From positions 1 through 37,326 of the forward strand of contig JAYTHD010000138.1 in NCBI GenBank assembly GCA_043732975.1: a DNA stretch of 37,326 bases. Reading direction: 5' to 3'. The notes under the pieces were generated by a model that saw only the letters and a list, made by a program, of their open reading frames with translations, searched no databases and was not told where the DNA came from. This document shows positions 9,653-18,754 of the stretch, piece by piece (the first letter of the stretch is position 1; each line of letters opens with the position of its first letter). Source of the stretch: Verrucomicrobiota bacterium. GTDB lineage: Bacteria > Verrucomicrobiota > Verrucomicrobiia > Limisphaerales > UBA9464. The position numbers were made by a program, and so were the translations under genes.

Positions 9653-11244
9653 GCGTCCATCGCCTCCCTTCCCAGCTCGGAGGTTGCGGGCGCCACCGAA
9701 CCGTTCCCCTGCCCCAACGCCGCCGCCATCACCTCGGCGCCTTCCGCGCCCCCGGGAAATTCCGCCACCACGGTGCCGCCCCGCATCACGAGCAGTCGAT
9801 CACTCAATGCCAGGACTTCCGGCAGATCGCTGGAGATCAGGATCACCGCCAGACCGGCATCGGCCTGATCGCGGATCCACCGGTGGATTTCCGCCTTCGC
9901 CCCCACATCCACGCCCTGCGTCGGCTCATCGAGGATCAAGACCGATGGCTCCGTCGCCAGCCAGCGCGCCAGCGCCACCTTTTGCTGATTGCCGCCACTC
10001 AGTGAACTGACCGGCGTGTCCACACCCGTCACCTTGATGGCGAACTGAGCGACCATCCGCTCCGCCAGTCGCCGCTCCGCACCCCGGCGCAACCAGGTTC
10101 CGGGAAACAGCCGCCGATGCAGCGCGAGTGAAATGTTGGCGGCCACCGACATTTCCTGGATCACGCCATGCCGCCGACGGTCCTCCGGCACGTAGGCCAA
10201 CCCCAACGCCACCGCCGCCGCGGGCGACGTCACGGACACCTTTTCCCCGCGCAGCAAAATCTCACCGTGATCGGCCGGAGTGATCCCGAACAACGTGCGC
10301 GCCAGTTCGGTGCGGCCGGCACCGACGAGGCCGGCGAACCCGAGGATTTCGCCCGAGCGCACTTCAAAATCGATCGTGTGAATGCCGCTGCGCCGGCAAT
10401 GGAGCCGACGCACCGACAGCACCGGTTCTCCGGGGATTCTCTGGCGTGCGCATCGCTCCAGGCGGACTTCACGGCCCACCATCATTTGTATGAGGGTTGT
10501 CTCACTCAGGAATTCTCCGGATTCATCGGCGGCCGGAGTTTCTCCGGAACTCCGCGGCGAAATTGGGCGAACCTGTCGCGTTCCCACGCTGGCGCCGTCG
10601 CGCAAAACCGTCACGCGGTCCGCGAGCGCGAAAATCTCTTCGAGACGATGGGAAATGTAAATGATGCCCGTACCGCCCGCGCGCAGTTCGCGCACGACGG
10701 CGAAAAGCCGTTCCTGCTCCCGGCGCGTCAGTGAGGCAGTGGGTTCGTCCATGATGACCACGCGGGCGCCCGCACCCACGGCCGCCGCGATCTCGACCAA
10801 CTGCTGCTCCGGCATGGAGAGCGCGCGCACCTCCGTGTCCGGATCCAGCTCCGTCCCGACGCGTCGCAGCAATGCCTGCGCCCGCTCCCGGCGGGCCCGC
10901 CAGTCGATCCGCCGGAACGGCGCCACCGGTTCCCAGCGGAGCGCCAGATTCTCGGCGACGCTCAAATCCGGGAACAACGCCGGTTGTTGATAAATGCAGG
11001 CGACACCCGACGCATGCGCCCGGCTCGGATTCAAGGGCATCACCGATTGACCTCCGAGGGCGATCGTTCCCCCGTCCGGCTGGAGCGCACCGGTGACGAT
11101 TTTGATCAATGTCGATTTCCCCGCGCCATTCTCCCCAAGCAACGCGTGCACCTCGCCCGGATAAAGATCAAACGAAACGCCGCGCAACGCCTGGACGGCG
11201 CCGAACGATTTCGTGATTCCAGCAAGTTCCAGCCAGGGCCTCAC
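9649..11244 (-). CDS. sugar ABC transporter ATP-binding protein, duplicated ATPase domains
   Basis: First Walker A is GENGAGKST. The second NBD has GLVGAGRTELA and the signature LSGGNQQKV, with D-loop ILDEPT. The 531-aa two-domain architecture resembles RbsA/RhaT. A short Ser/Pro/Glu-rich insert lies between the domains. Confidence 0.9.
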   Translation of the reverse strand: MRPWLELAGITKSFGAVQALRGVSFDLYPGEVHALLGENGAGKSTLIKIVTGALQPDGGTIALGGQSVMPLNPSRAHASGVACIYQQPALFPDLSVAENLALRWEPVAPFRRIDWRARRERAQALLRRVGTELDPDTEVRALSMPEQQLVEIAAAVGAGARVVIMDEPTASLTRREQERLFAVVRELRAGGTGIIYISHRLEEIFALADRVTVLRDGASVGTRQVRPISPRSSGETPAADESGEFLSETTLIQMMVGREVRLERCARQRIPGEPVLSVRRLHCRRSGIHTIDFEVRSGEILGFAGLVGAGRTELARTLFGITPADHGEILLRGEKVSVTSPAAAVALGLAYVPEDRRRHGVIQEMSVAANISLALHRRLFPGTWLRRGAERRLAERMVAQFAIKVTGVDTPVSSLSGGNQQKVALARWLATEPSVLILDEPTQGVDVGAKAEIHRWIRDQADAGLAVILISSDLPEVLALSDRLLVMRGGTVVAEFPGGAEGAEVMAAALGQGNGSVAPATSELGREAMDA

Positions 11245-11300
11245 ACGGAGAGCAGGGAAAGACTCACGGTAGCGGTGATCTTACGAAAACTTCCGACAAG

Positions 11301-12599
11301 CTAGAGCGAAGCATCACCTTGGCGTCGGCGTTGAACCTTCGTCTCATAGGCCTGAACCTCGGCCAGCCAATTCCCCCGCGGCGGGACATTCTGGGTCTCG
11401 CAGAATTCATCCCAGATATCACCCACCGGCAGCGCTTTGGCCTCCTCCTGCCAGGCGAGGCGCGCAGTGAAATCTCCTTCAATTTCCGCCGCCCGGATCG
11501 CCGGCGGTTCCAACAAGGCTATCAGCAGAGCCTTCTGCAACGCCCGCGCACCAATCACCCACGCGGCGACGCGGTTGATGCTGGCATCGAAATAATCCAA
11601 ACCCACGCGGAGGCGACCGGCGTCATTGTTGGCGATCACTTCACGGGCGATGGCGAGCAGTTCGTCCGTCTGGGTCACCACGTGATCACTGTCCCAGCGC
11701 ACGCCGCGACTCACATGCAACAAAACCCCGGGGACGTACGGCAGCACGGCCGAAAGTTTGTCGGCGATTGATTCCGTCGGGTGAAAATGTCCCGCATCCA
11801 GGCAGAGCCACTTCTGCCGAGTGATCGCGTAACCCAGATAAAACTCATGCGAACCGGCGGTGTAACTTTCCGCGCCGAGGCCGAACAGCTTGGATTCCAC
11901 CGCATCCAGATTGTGCGCGGCCGGCAGCTTTCGGGCGAACACGGCATCCAACGACTCCAGCAGCCGCTCCCGCGGACCACGCCGATCGGCCGGGACATCC
12001 TTGGACCCGTCGGGAACCCAGAGATTGGTGATGCAGGGCGTGCCCAGGCGGCGACCAAATCCGGCGCCGATCGCCCGTGCCCGCCGACAATGCTCGATCC
12101 AAAAAGATCGGATCGCTGGCGATGAGTGCGCGAGGGTCATTCCGGAAGCCGCCTGGGGATGGGCAAAACAGGTTGGATTGAAATCCAAACCCAAACCCAT
12201 TTGCTCCGCCCAGTCCAACCAACCAAGAAAGTGCTCCGACGTGATCTCATCTCGATCGACACGTCGACCACCAAACTCTCCGTAACTGGCATGCAGATTC
12301 AACCGGTGCCGTCCGGGCACGAGAGCAAAAGTCCGGGACAAATCCTCCCGCAATTCCTCCGGCGTCCGCGCCCGGCCCGGATAATTGCCGGTCACCGCCA
12401 GACCGCCACCGATCGACGCTCCGGTCTGCTCGAATCCCTGGACGTCATCGCCCTGCCAGCAATGCACCGAGAGGGATATCTTGGCCAGCGACCGAAGTGC
12501 GGCATCGACGTCCACGTCGAGCTCGACATAGCGGTCGCGGGCCGTTGCGGTCGGCGTTGGCGACGCAGGACGCTGACGTTTCAGGGCGGAAGATCTCAT
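11301..12599 (-). CDS. rhaA: L-rhamnose isomerase
   Basis: [14 protein letters not shown]...[24 protein letters not shown]...[10 protein letters not shown] matches the E. coli RhaA motif string as I remember it. ATG 12599 gives 432 aa. The track ORF (501 aa, to 12806) runs into the palindromic repeat and is not credible there. Confidence 0.9.
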   Translation of the reverse strand: MRSSALKRQRPASPTPTATARDRYVELDVDVDAALRSLAKISLSVHCWQGDDVQGFEQTGASIGGGLAVTGNYPGRARTPEELREDLSRTFALVPGRHRLNLHASYGEFGGRRVDRDEITSEHFLGWLDWAEQMGLGLDFNPTCFAHPQAASGMTLAHSSPAIRSFWIEHCRRARAIGAGFGRRLGTPCITNLWVPDGSKDVPADRRGPRERLLESLDAVFARKLPAAHNLDAVESKLFGLGAESYTAGSHEFYLGYAITRQKWLCLDAGHFHPTESIADKLSAVLPYVPGVLLHVSRGVRWDSDHVVTQTDELLAIAREVIANNDAGRLRVGLDYFDASINRVAAWVIGARALQKALLIALLEPPAIRAAEIEGDFTARLAWQEEAKALPVGDIWDEFCETQNVPPRGNWLAEVQAYETKVQRRRQGDASL

Positions 12600-12716
12600 G
12601 ATTGGCGAATTCCGTCCGGTTTCCCGACGAGGCGCGGAAGTCACAGCGGAGATTCTGGCGCGATAATTCCCACACCGCCGCCGGCAACGCCAGCGGAATT
12701 CGACCCAACACGGCAG

Positions 12717-12824
12717 CGACACTTTCAGAAAATGAACCGCGGATGGCGCGGATAACGCAGATTTGGAACCCCACTTTTCGATTCCATCCGCGCCATCCGC
12801 GGTCAAAATTCTTTGGGAGTGTCG
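12717..12824. repeat. palindromic repeat element, copy A (about 108 bp, MITE/REP-like)
   Basis: Contains a perfect 18-bp inverted repeat, accgcggatggcgcggat (12736-12753) / atccgcgccatccgcggt (12786-12803), and 7-bp terminal inverted ends cgacact / agtgtcg. It matches the reverse complement of 16960-17073: the first 42 nt are identical, followed by a few mismatches and a 9-nt indel. Confidence 0.85.
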
Positions 12825-12970
12825 TTGCCGCGCGAAGTCCTCTCCTCAAAAAATCCCCGGTAAAATCCCGGCGCTGGCGGCACCATGATAGCGTCCCCGT
12901 CCAGACGGCGTTCCGTTCACCTTCTTCTGTGCATCCGCCCAAAGCGTGCCACTTTCGCGGTCTAATACAC

Positions 12971-14083
12971 ATGGATCCCCGTTTCGTTAAGCTGGCCCGC
13001 CTGCTGGTGGAATACTCTTGCAGCCTTCAGAAAGGCGAGACCATCCTGCTCGACCTGGTCGACGTCCCGGACGACATCGGCATCGCGCTGGTCCGGGCAA
13101 CGCGGGCGGTCGGCGCCGTGCCGATTGTGGAGACGCGTCATTTGCGACTGGTCCGCGAAGCCCAGTTCGCCACCACTCCCGCGCACGCAAAGCTCGTCCA
13201 CGATATTGAACTGGCGCGCATGAAGCGCATGGACGCCTACATCGCGATCCGCGGGGCCTTGAACAGCGCCGAGACCAGCGACGTGCCGACGGACGCGCTG
13301 CAACTGTACACCAAGACCATCCGGCCGGTGCTGGATTACCGGGTGAACAAGACCAAATGGTGCGTCCTCCGCTGGCCCACGCCGTCGATGGCCCAGGCCG
13401 CCAACATGAGCACGGAAGCCTTCGAGAATTTCTACTTCGACGTGTGCACCATGGATTACGCCAGGATGGCCCAGGCCATGTTGCCTCTGGAAAAGCGGAT
13501 GAAACGGGCTGATCGGGTCCACCTCACCGGGCCGGGGACCGATCTGAAATTTTCGATCAAGGGCATCGGCGCGAAACCCTGTGAGGGGATCCGTAACATT
13601 CCGGATGGCGAGTGTTTCTCCTGCCCGACGCTGACGTCCTCGGAAGGCGTCATTCAATTCAATACGCCGACCGTTTATTCCGGCACCAAATTTGAAAACG
13701 TCCGCCTGGAACTGAAAAAGGGCGTCATCGTCAAAGCCGAATGTTCCAGCGGCAACAACGGGCGGTTGAACGAAATCCTCGACACCGATCCCGGCGCCCG
13801 GCGCATCGGCGAGTTCAGTCTCGGCTTCAACCCGTACATCCAACAGCCGATGTGCGACATCCTGTTCGACGAAAAGATCGCCGGCTCCCTGCATTACACC
13901 CCAGGCCAGGCCTACGAGGATTGTGGCAACGGCAACAAATCCGCCGTGCACTGGGACATGGTGCTCATCCAGCGCAAGGAATGGGGTGGTGGCGAGGTGC
14001 GTTTGGACGGCGAATTGATTCGGAAAGACGGCATCTTTCTCCCCAAGGATCTGCAGCCGCTGAACGTGGACCGGCTCCGTTGA
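12971..14083 (+). CDS. M29 family aminopeptidase (AmpS/PepS-like)
   Basis: From ATG 12971: MDPRFVKLARLLVEYSCSLQKGETILLD.... GPGTDLKF, LDTDPGARRIGEFSLG, DILFDEKIAGSLHYTPGQAY and AVHWDMV resemble Thermus aminopeptidase T as I recall it. 370 aa. Confidence 0.88.
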   Translation: MDPRFVKLARLLVEYSCSLQKGETILLDLVDVPDDIGIALVRATRAVGAVPIVETRHLRLVREAQFATTPAHAKLVHDIELARMKRMDAYIAIRGALNSAETSDVPTDALQLYTKTIRPVLDYRVNKTKWCVLRWPTPSMAQAANMSTEAFENFYFDVCTMDYARMAQAMLPLEKRMKRADRVHLTGPGTDLKFSIKGIGAKPCEGIRNIPDGECFSCPTLTSSEGVIQFNTPTVYSGTKFENVRLELKKGVIVKAECSSGNNGRLNEILDTDPGARRIGEFSLGFNPYIQQPMCDILFDEKIAGSLHYTPGQAYEDCGNGNKSAVHWDMVLIQRKEWGGGEVRLDGELIRKDGIFLPKDLQPLNVDRLR

Positions 14084-14119
14084 ACGAGCTTCCAACACCC
14101 CAAAAAACTTCCCTCTGAA

Positions 14120-16951
14120 ATGACCCTCGCGAAACGGTCCACCTGGTTGACCCTCGTCCTGCCACTCGTCGCCGGATTATCCGCGGCCGACAGTCCAGGC
14201 ACGCCGCCCTGGGGGAGGATGACTCCGCTCATGGAGCCGGTCGGCGGGCGATTGCTGGAGGTTTCGCAATGGCCCACGAATGGAACCCTTTCACTCCCCG
14301 TGGGCGAGCCCTCCATCGTCCGGGCGGAATTGCTCCAGGACACCCGCCGGCTGCCTTTGACGTGGATCTTCAATGCCGACGCCACTCAACTGACCTTGCG
14401 CGTGCCGACCAATCCTCCGGCGCGCCCCTCACAAATCAGTCTGGAGACCATCACCTCGACCGGCCAACTGAGCGATGGACGCATCGTTTTCTCCGCACTC
14501 GACGCCCAGGTGCACGGCCAGAAGGCACGGCTCGAATCGCATCCCGGGAATCATCGCATCGGGTTCTGGACCGATCCGCAGGATTTCGTCACCTGGGACT
14601 ACAAACCGTCCCGCTGGGGCCGGTATGATGTCGAACTGGTGTTTTCCGCCGATGGCGGTGCGGGCACCGAAATCACGGTGGAAATCGGCCGCGAAAAGCT
14701 GACCGCCACGCGTCCCTCGACCGGCAGTTGGTACGCCTATCAGACGCTGTCCTTGGGCACGATCACGTTGCTCACGGGAGATCCGTTCACGGTCCGCGTC
14801 GGTTGCGCCAAATTGCTGGGCGCCGCTGCCCTGAACCTGAAGGCGGTGATCCTGCGGCCCGCGCCCGAAGGTCCCATGAGCGTGGCCGAAGCCGATGGTG
14901 CCCTCACCCTGCGCGCCAGCAACGCCACCACCCACAGCGTCAAGATGCGCTATGAACCGCAAACCAATAAGAACTGCCTCGGCTATTGGGTGGAGCCGGG
15001 CGATTGGGCGGACTGGACCTTCGCCGTCCAGCGTCCGGGGGTTTATGAAGTCGAAGTCTGGCAGGGGTGCGGCACGGGCAATGGCGGCAGTGATGTCGCC
15101 GTGGACATCGCGGGCCAGCGCCTGGAATTCGTGGTGGCCGACACGGGGCATTTCCAAAAATTTCTCCCCAGAAACATCGGGCGGGTGGAACTGGCCATTC
15201 CCGGAAATTTCAATCTGGCCATTCGTCCGACCCGCAAGGCCGGTGGCGCGGTCATGGACGTGCGCCAGATCCGCCTCAAGCCCGTCACCGCCGAGAAGCC
15301 ATCCAGCCTGATGGGCGCCCAGCGGGTCGTGTTCCTCGGCGACAGCATCACCCACGCCGGCGAGTGGATCGAGTTTGCCGAAGCCCTGCTGCGCTGGCGG
15401 CATCCGGGTGAAAGTGTCGATTGGATCAATCTCGGACTGCCCAGTGAGACCCTTTCCGGATTGAGCGAACCCGGTCATGCCGGCGGTTCGTTTCCGCGGC
15501 CCGATCTGCACGAGCGGCTCGACCGGGTGCTGGCGCAGACCAAGCCCATCGTGATCGTCGCCTGCTACGGCATGAACGATGGCATCTATTATCCGTATGG
15601 CGACGATCGCGCCGAGGCCTTTCGGTCCGGCATCCGTCGCCTGCGGGAAAAGGCAGTGGCCGCGGGCGTCCGGGTCATTCACGTCACGCCGCCGACCTTC
15701 GACGCCACGCCGTTGAAAGGGCGAACACTGCCGGCCGGACGTGCCGAGTACCGCTCGCCCTACGAGGGTTACAATGACGTTTTGGATCGCTATTCCGCCT
15801 GGCTCGTGGAGCAGCGCAAGCAGGGTTGGGAAGTGGTCGACATCCACGCGCCGATGAACGCCTATCTCGAGCAACGCCGGCAAACGGACCCCAAATTCCT
15901 GCTCGCCGGCGATGGGGTCCACGCCAGCACGCTCGGGCACTGGCGCATCGCCCGGGAGTTCGTCCAGGCGATCGAAGGGGATTCCCTTCCGAAGCTACCC
16001 GAGACGCCGGAAGGATTGCCCACTCTCCACCCGCGCTTGGCAGAGGCACTGAAGCTCATTCAGACCCGGCAACGTCTGCAAAAGGACGCATGGCTCTTCA
16101 CAGTCGGACACCTGCGCCCCGGCATGGGCCGCGGACAACCCCTCGGGACGGTCCAGGAAACAGCCGCCAATCTGGCCGCCTCCACCCAGGCCATCCTCGG
16201 CGGAAACATTCCGGGTAAACGCACCTATTGGAACGGTTTTGAGAAGGCCGATTTCACCGCCAACGGCCAGTCCGTGACCGTCGTGCTTCCGTCCCAGACA
16301 GCGCCGGGGCGTCCGTGGGTTTGGCATGGCGAATTCTTCGGACACAAACCCGCCCCGGATGTCGCCCTGCTCGGCCGCGGATTCCACGTCGTCTACCTGA
16401 GTGTGCAAGACCTTTTGGGATCCCCGCCGGCAGTCCAGCATTGGGACGCGCTCTATCAGGATCTGACCGCGATCTATGGCTTCAACCCCAAGCCCGGTCT
16501 GGTCGGCCTGAGTCGCGGTGGTCTTTACTGCTACAACTGGGCCATTGCGCACCCGGACCGCGTCGCCTGCATTTACGGGGACGCCCCCGTCTGTGATTTC
16601 AAGAGCTGGCCGGGCGGCTTCGGCAAAGGCCAGCGCAGCGACCGCGACTGGAAACTGGTGCTCCAGCACTACGGCTTCAAAGACGATGCCGAGGCCAAGG
16701 CGTACACCCGCAATCCCGTCGATGCCCTCGCCGGCCTGGCCGCCGCCAAGGTTCCCCTGCTCCATGTCTACGGCGATGCCGACGAAGTCGTTCCCTGGGC
16801 CGAAAACACCGGCCTGATCGCGGAACGTTATCGCGCCTTGGGCGGATCCATCACGCTGATCGCCAAGCCCGGGGTGAAACATCATCCCCACGGCCTGGAA
16901 GATTCCACACCGATCGTGGACTTCCTCTGGCAACACGCCTCCGCGCATTAG
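14120..16951 (+). CDS. secreted multi-domain carbohydrate esterase: two CBM-like beta-sandwich modules + SGNH/GDSL hydrolase + alpha/beta-hydrolase
   Basis: Signal peptide MTLAKRSTWLTLVLPLVAGLSAA. Two related modules (IGFWTDPQDFVTWDY...AVILRP and LGYWVEPGDWADWTF...IRLKPV). SGNH blocks FLGDSIT, ACYGMNDG, DGVHAS..GH. The C-terminal hydrolase has GLSRGG (GxSxG), GDADEVV and HHPHG. Confidence 0.85.
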   Translation: MTLAKRSTWLTLVLPLVAGLSAADSPGTPPWGRMTPLMEPVGGRLLEVSQWPTNGTLSLPVGEPSIVRAELLQDTRRLPLTWIFNADATQLTLRVPTNPPARPSQISLETITSTGQLSDGRIVFSALDAQVHGQKARLESHPGNHRIGFWTDPQDFVTWDYKPSRWGRYDVELVFSADGGAGTEITVEIGREKLTATRPSTGSWYAYQTLSLGTITLLTGDPFTVRVGCAKLLGAAALNLKAVILRPAPEGPMSVAEADGALTLRASNATTHSVKMRYEPQTNKNCLGYWVEPGDWADWTFAVQRPGVYEVEVWQGCGTGNGGSDVAVDIAGQRLEFVVADTGHFQKFLPRNIGRVELAIPGNFNLAIRPTRKAGGAVMDVRQIRLKPVTAEKPSSLMGAQRVVFLGDSITHAGEWIEFAEALLRWRHPGESVDWINLGLPSETLSGLSEPGHAGGSFPRPDLHERLDRVLAQTKPIVIVACYGMNDGIYYPYGDDRAEAFRSGIRRLREKAVAAGVRVIHVTPPTFDATPLKGRTLPAGRAEYRSPYEGYNDVLDRYSAWLVEQRKQGWEVVDIHAPMNAYLEQRRQTDPKFLLAGDGVHASTLGHWRIAREFVQAIEGDSLPKLPETPEGLPTLHPRLAEALKLIQTRQRLQKDAWLFTVGHLRPGMGRGQPLGTVQETAANLAASTQAILGGNIPGKRTYWNGFEKADFTANGQSVTVVLPSQTAPGRPWVWHGEFFGHKPAPDVALLGRGFHVVYLSVQDLLGSPPAVQHWDALYQDLTAIYGFNPKPGLVGLSRGGLYCYNWAIAHPDRVACIYGDAPVCDFKSWPGGFGKGQRSDRDWKLVLQHYGFKDDAEAKAYTRNPVDALAGLAAAKVPLLHVYGDADEVVPWAENTGLIAERYRALGGSITLIAKPGVKHHPHGLEDSTPIVDFLWQHASAH

Positions 16952-16959
16952 CACGACAG

Positions 16960-17073
16960 CGACACTTCCAAAGAATTTTGACCGCGGATGACACGGAGGA
17001 CGCGGATAAACTCGAAAAGTGCGGTTCCGTATCTGCGTTATCCGCGCCATCCGCGGTTCATTTTCTGAAAGTG
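16960..17073. repeat. palindromic repeat element, copy B (inverted relative to copy A)
   Basis: Its reverse complement aligns with 12720-12824. It has a 9-nt insertion in one stem arm and a degenerate outer end abutting the parE remnant. Confidence 0.85.
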
Positions 17074-17124
17074 GGACTGTAGCAAGTCATCATCGGCTTC
17101 GGGAGTGAGTTGGTAATCAGCCAT
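17038..17124 (-). pseudogene. parE: parE toxin remnant (first 16-17 codons only), truncated at repeat copy B
   Basis: The ATG at 17124 overlaps the parD stop by 8 nt (ATGGCTGA). It encodes MADYQLTPEADDDLLQ, which resembles the RK2 ParE N-terminus MTAYILTAEAEADLRG as I remember it. It then reads into repeat-derived sequence and stops after 28 codons. Confidence 0.55.
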
Positions 17125-17386
17125 TTTTTTCGACTTTCACTTCGCGCCTGGCCTGTCTGAAAATCTCATCCACGGTGCGTGTGCTGACGCCATTTTTTTC
17201 GGCGCGCTGAACGCGCGCGTCCAGAAGCGCGACCAGCTCTACTAAAGCAGTTTCTTCGTCTGTTTGCGTCTCCTCACCAAGTGTGCGTTGAAGCAAAAAA
17301 TCCTTTAGGCTTTGACCCTTCAATGCCGCCATCGCCTTAAGCGTCCGGTGTTCTTCATCACTGACATCAATGGAAATTCGACTCAT
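17117..17386 (-). CDS. parD: ParD antitoxin (RK2-type, ribbon-helix-helix)
   Basis: MSRISIDVSDEEHRTLKAMAALKGQSLKDFLLQRTL...VSTRTVDEIF parallels RK2 ParD (MSRLTIDMTDQQHQSLKALAALQGKTIKQYALERLF...VSTKSVGEIL, from memory). 89 aa. Confidence 0.8.
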   Translation of the reverse strand: MSRISIDVSDEEHRTLKAMAALKGQSLKDFLLQRTLGEETQTDEETALVELVALLDARVQRAEKNGVSTRTVDEIFRQARREVKVEKNG

Positions 17387-17431
17387 GTGGCGAGTAACGT
17401 GCTTTAAAGAAACGGAGGGCCCACTCGGAGC

Positions 17432-18403
17432 TCAAGCCCGCGGATGGGCCGAGCGGTAGACCTCTTGGAGCCGCTCCAGGGAAACGTGCGTGTAGATCTG
17501 GGTGGTCGCGAGTTGTGCATGTCCCAGCAATTCCTGCACGCTGCGAAGATCGGCGCCCCGGCTCAGCAAATGGGTCGCGAAACTGTGCCGGATCTTGTGC
17601 GGGCTCAGGGCCGGATCGAGACGTGCCACCGCCAGATAGATCTTGAGCCGGCGTTGAACGGTTCGTGGGATCAACGGTTCCGGTCCGCTCGGGGTGGACC
17701 AGAAAACGGCATCCCCCGGTCCCCGCGCCACCGGCGACGCTGTCCAATAAGCTTCCAAGGCCACCAAGGCCGGACGTCCCAGTGGCAACTCGCGTTCCTT
17801 CCGGCCCTTGCCGAAAACCCGCGCCAGACGTTGCTCCCGATCCAACTGTTCCATCCGCAGGGCACACAGCTCGCTGATGCGCAAACCCGCCGTGTAGAAA
17901 AGTTCGAAAACGGCGTGATCCCGCAGGTATTCGAGTCGTTCCACAGCGGTGGGCGGCGAGTCCGATTTCAGACGCCGTTCCAATTCGTGGAGCGGGGCGG
18001 CCAGCAAATCCCGCATCTGCGCCTCGGAAAGAAACCGCGGCAGTTTTCCGCCTTTGCGCGGCAGGGTCATTCCGTGGATCGGAGAAGACGTCACCCGACC
18101 ACGCCTCTGCAGCCAGCGATAAAACGTCCGCCAGGCACTGAAGCGAAGGGCCACACTACTCGGATCCTTCCGCAAGCGGCCCAACCGGCGCAGGTAGGCC
18201 CGAAACACGTCCCGCGAAACGGTCGCCCAATCGGGAGACCGACTGTAGACCTGCTGATGCCAGCCTAGAAACTCCCGGCCGGCCTGCCGATAGTTGCGCA
18301 ACGTGTAGAGGGAAACGTTCCGCTCGGACTCGAGATGCCGCCAGAATGCCGTGAGTTCGGCATCCGGCTCAGGCGCAACAATGGGCGGCGCGGTGGCGGA
18401 CAT
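17432..18403 (-). CDS. tyrosine recombinase XerC/XerD family
   Basis: N-terminal SAM-like domain (RNVSLYTLRNYRQAGREFL). Catalytic-domain motifs LRISELCAL, GKGRKERELPLG, HKIRHSFATHLLSRGADLRSVQELLGHAQLATTQIYTHV, ending ...HPRA as housekeeping XerC/D proteins do. Confidence 0.88.
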   Translation of the reverse strand: MSATAPPIVAPEPDAELTAFWRHLESERNVSLYTLRNYRQAGREFLGWHQQVYSRSPDWATVSRDVFRAYLRRLGRLRKDPSSVALRFSAWRTFYRWLQRRGRVTSSPIHGMTLPRKGGKLPRFLSEAQMRDLLAAPLHELERRLKSDSPPTAVERLEYLRDHAVFELFYTAGLRISELCALRMEQLDREQRLARVFGKGRKERELPLGRPALVALEAYWTASPVARGPGDAVFWSTPSGPEPLIPRTVQRRLKIYLAVARLDPALSPHKIRHSFATHLLSRGADLRSVQELLGHAQLATTQIYTHVSLERLQEVYRSAHPRA

Positions 18404-18520
18404 GGCAGGACTATGGATCGCGGCAATTGAGGTTGCCGCTTAAAAATCCCCCGAAAATAGGTTTGTGGCGAGGGGGTCGCTTTCCTTTATTGCGGCCCGC
18501 TCGCAAGGGCGTGGCCGGGT

Positions 18521-18606
18521 GGTAGGATACCCAAGTGGCCAACGGGGGCAGACTGTAAATCTGCTGGCTTACGCCTTCACTGGTTCGAATCCAGTTCCTA
18601 CCACCA
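18521..18606 (+). tRNA. tRNA-Tyr (anticodon GTA), class II with long variable arm, CCA encoded
   Basis: Folded by hand. Acceptor GGTAGGA/TCCTACC, 3-bp D stem CCC/GGG, anticodon stem GCAGA/TCTGC with loop CTGTAAA (GTA at 18555-18557). Variable arm TGGCTTACGCCTTC, T arm ACTGG-TTCGAAT-CCAGT, discriminator A plus CCA. Confidence 0.95.
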
Positions 18607-18754
18607 TTCGCCTCCGCGCACGATGGACGGGCGGCGCCTCGGGCCGGAGTTCACCGGTTCGATTCGCACGGGAGTCGCCCCGCGCCGATCCAATCTGGAG
18701 CGCCCCGCCGAATCCTTCCTCGCCTTGGGCGCGCATCCCGCCAGAGTCACCGGC

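Noticed and set aside
12600-12970. N-terminal extensions of rhaA (to 12806) and of the aminopeptidase (from 12602), and a search here for the missing part of parE
   Set aside because: Both extensions read through palindromic repeat copy A (giving the ...[11 protein letters not shown]... / ...[11 protein letters not shown]... peptides), and internal ATGs give proteins of canonical length. I translated the flanks of copy A in the frames an inversion or insertion model would require, and nothing was ParE-like.
12962-15940. 378-aa (12962-14098) and 503-aa (14429-15940) minus-strand ORFs
   Set aside because: Antisense shadows of the M29 aminopeptidase and the esterase fusion. The translations are low-complexity (G/R/A/D/P-rich) and motif-free, whereas the plus-strand products have clear family signatures.
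17432-18606. Recombinase next to a tRNA gene as a sign of an integrated genomic island
   Set aside because: The recombinase has the full XerC/XerD housekeeping signature, including the ...HPRA C-terminus. It lies on the 5' side of the tRNA rather than at its 3' end. I found no duplicated tRNA 3'-end (att) sequence elsewhere in the window.
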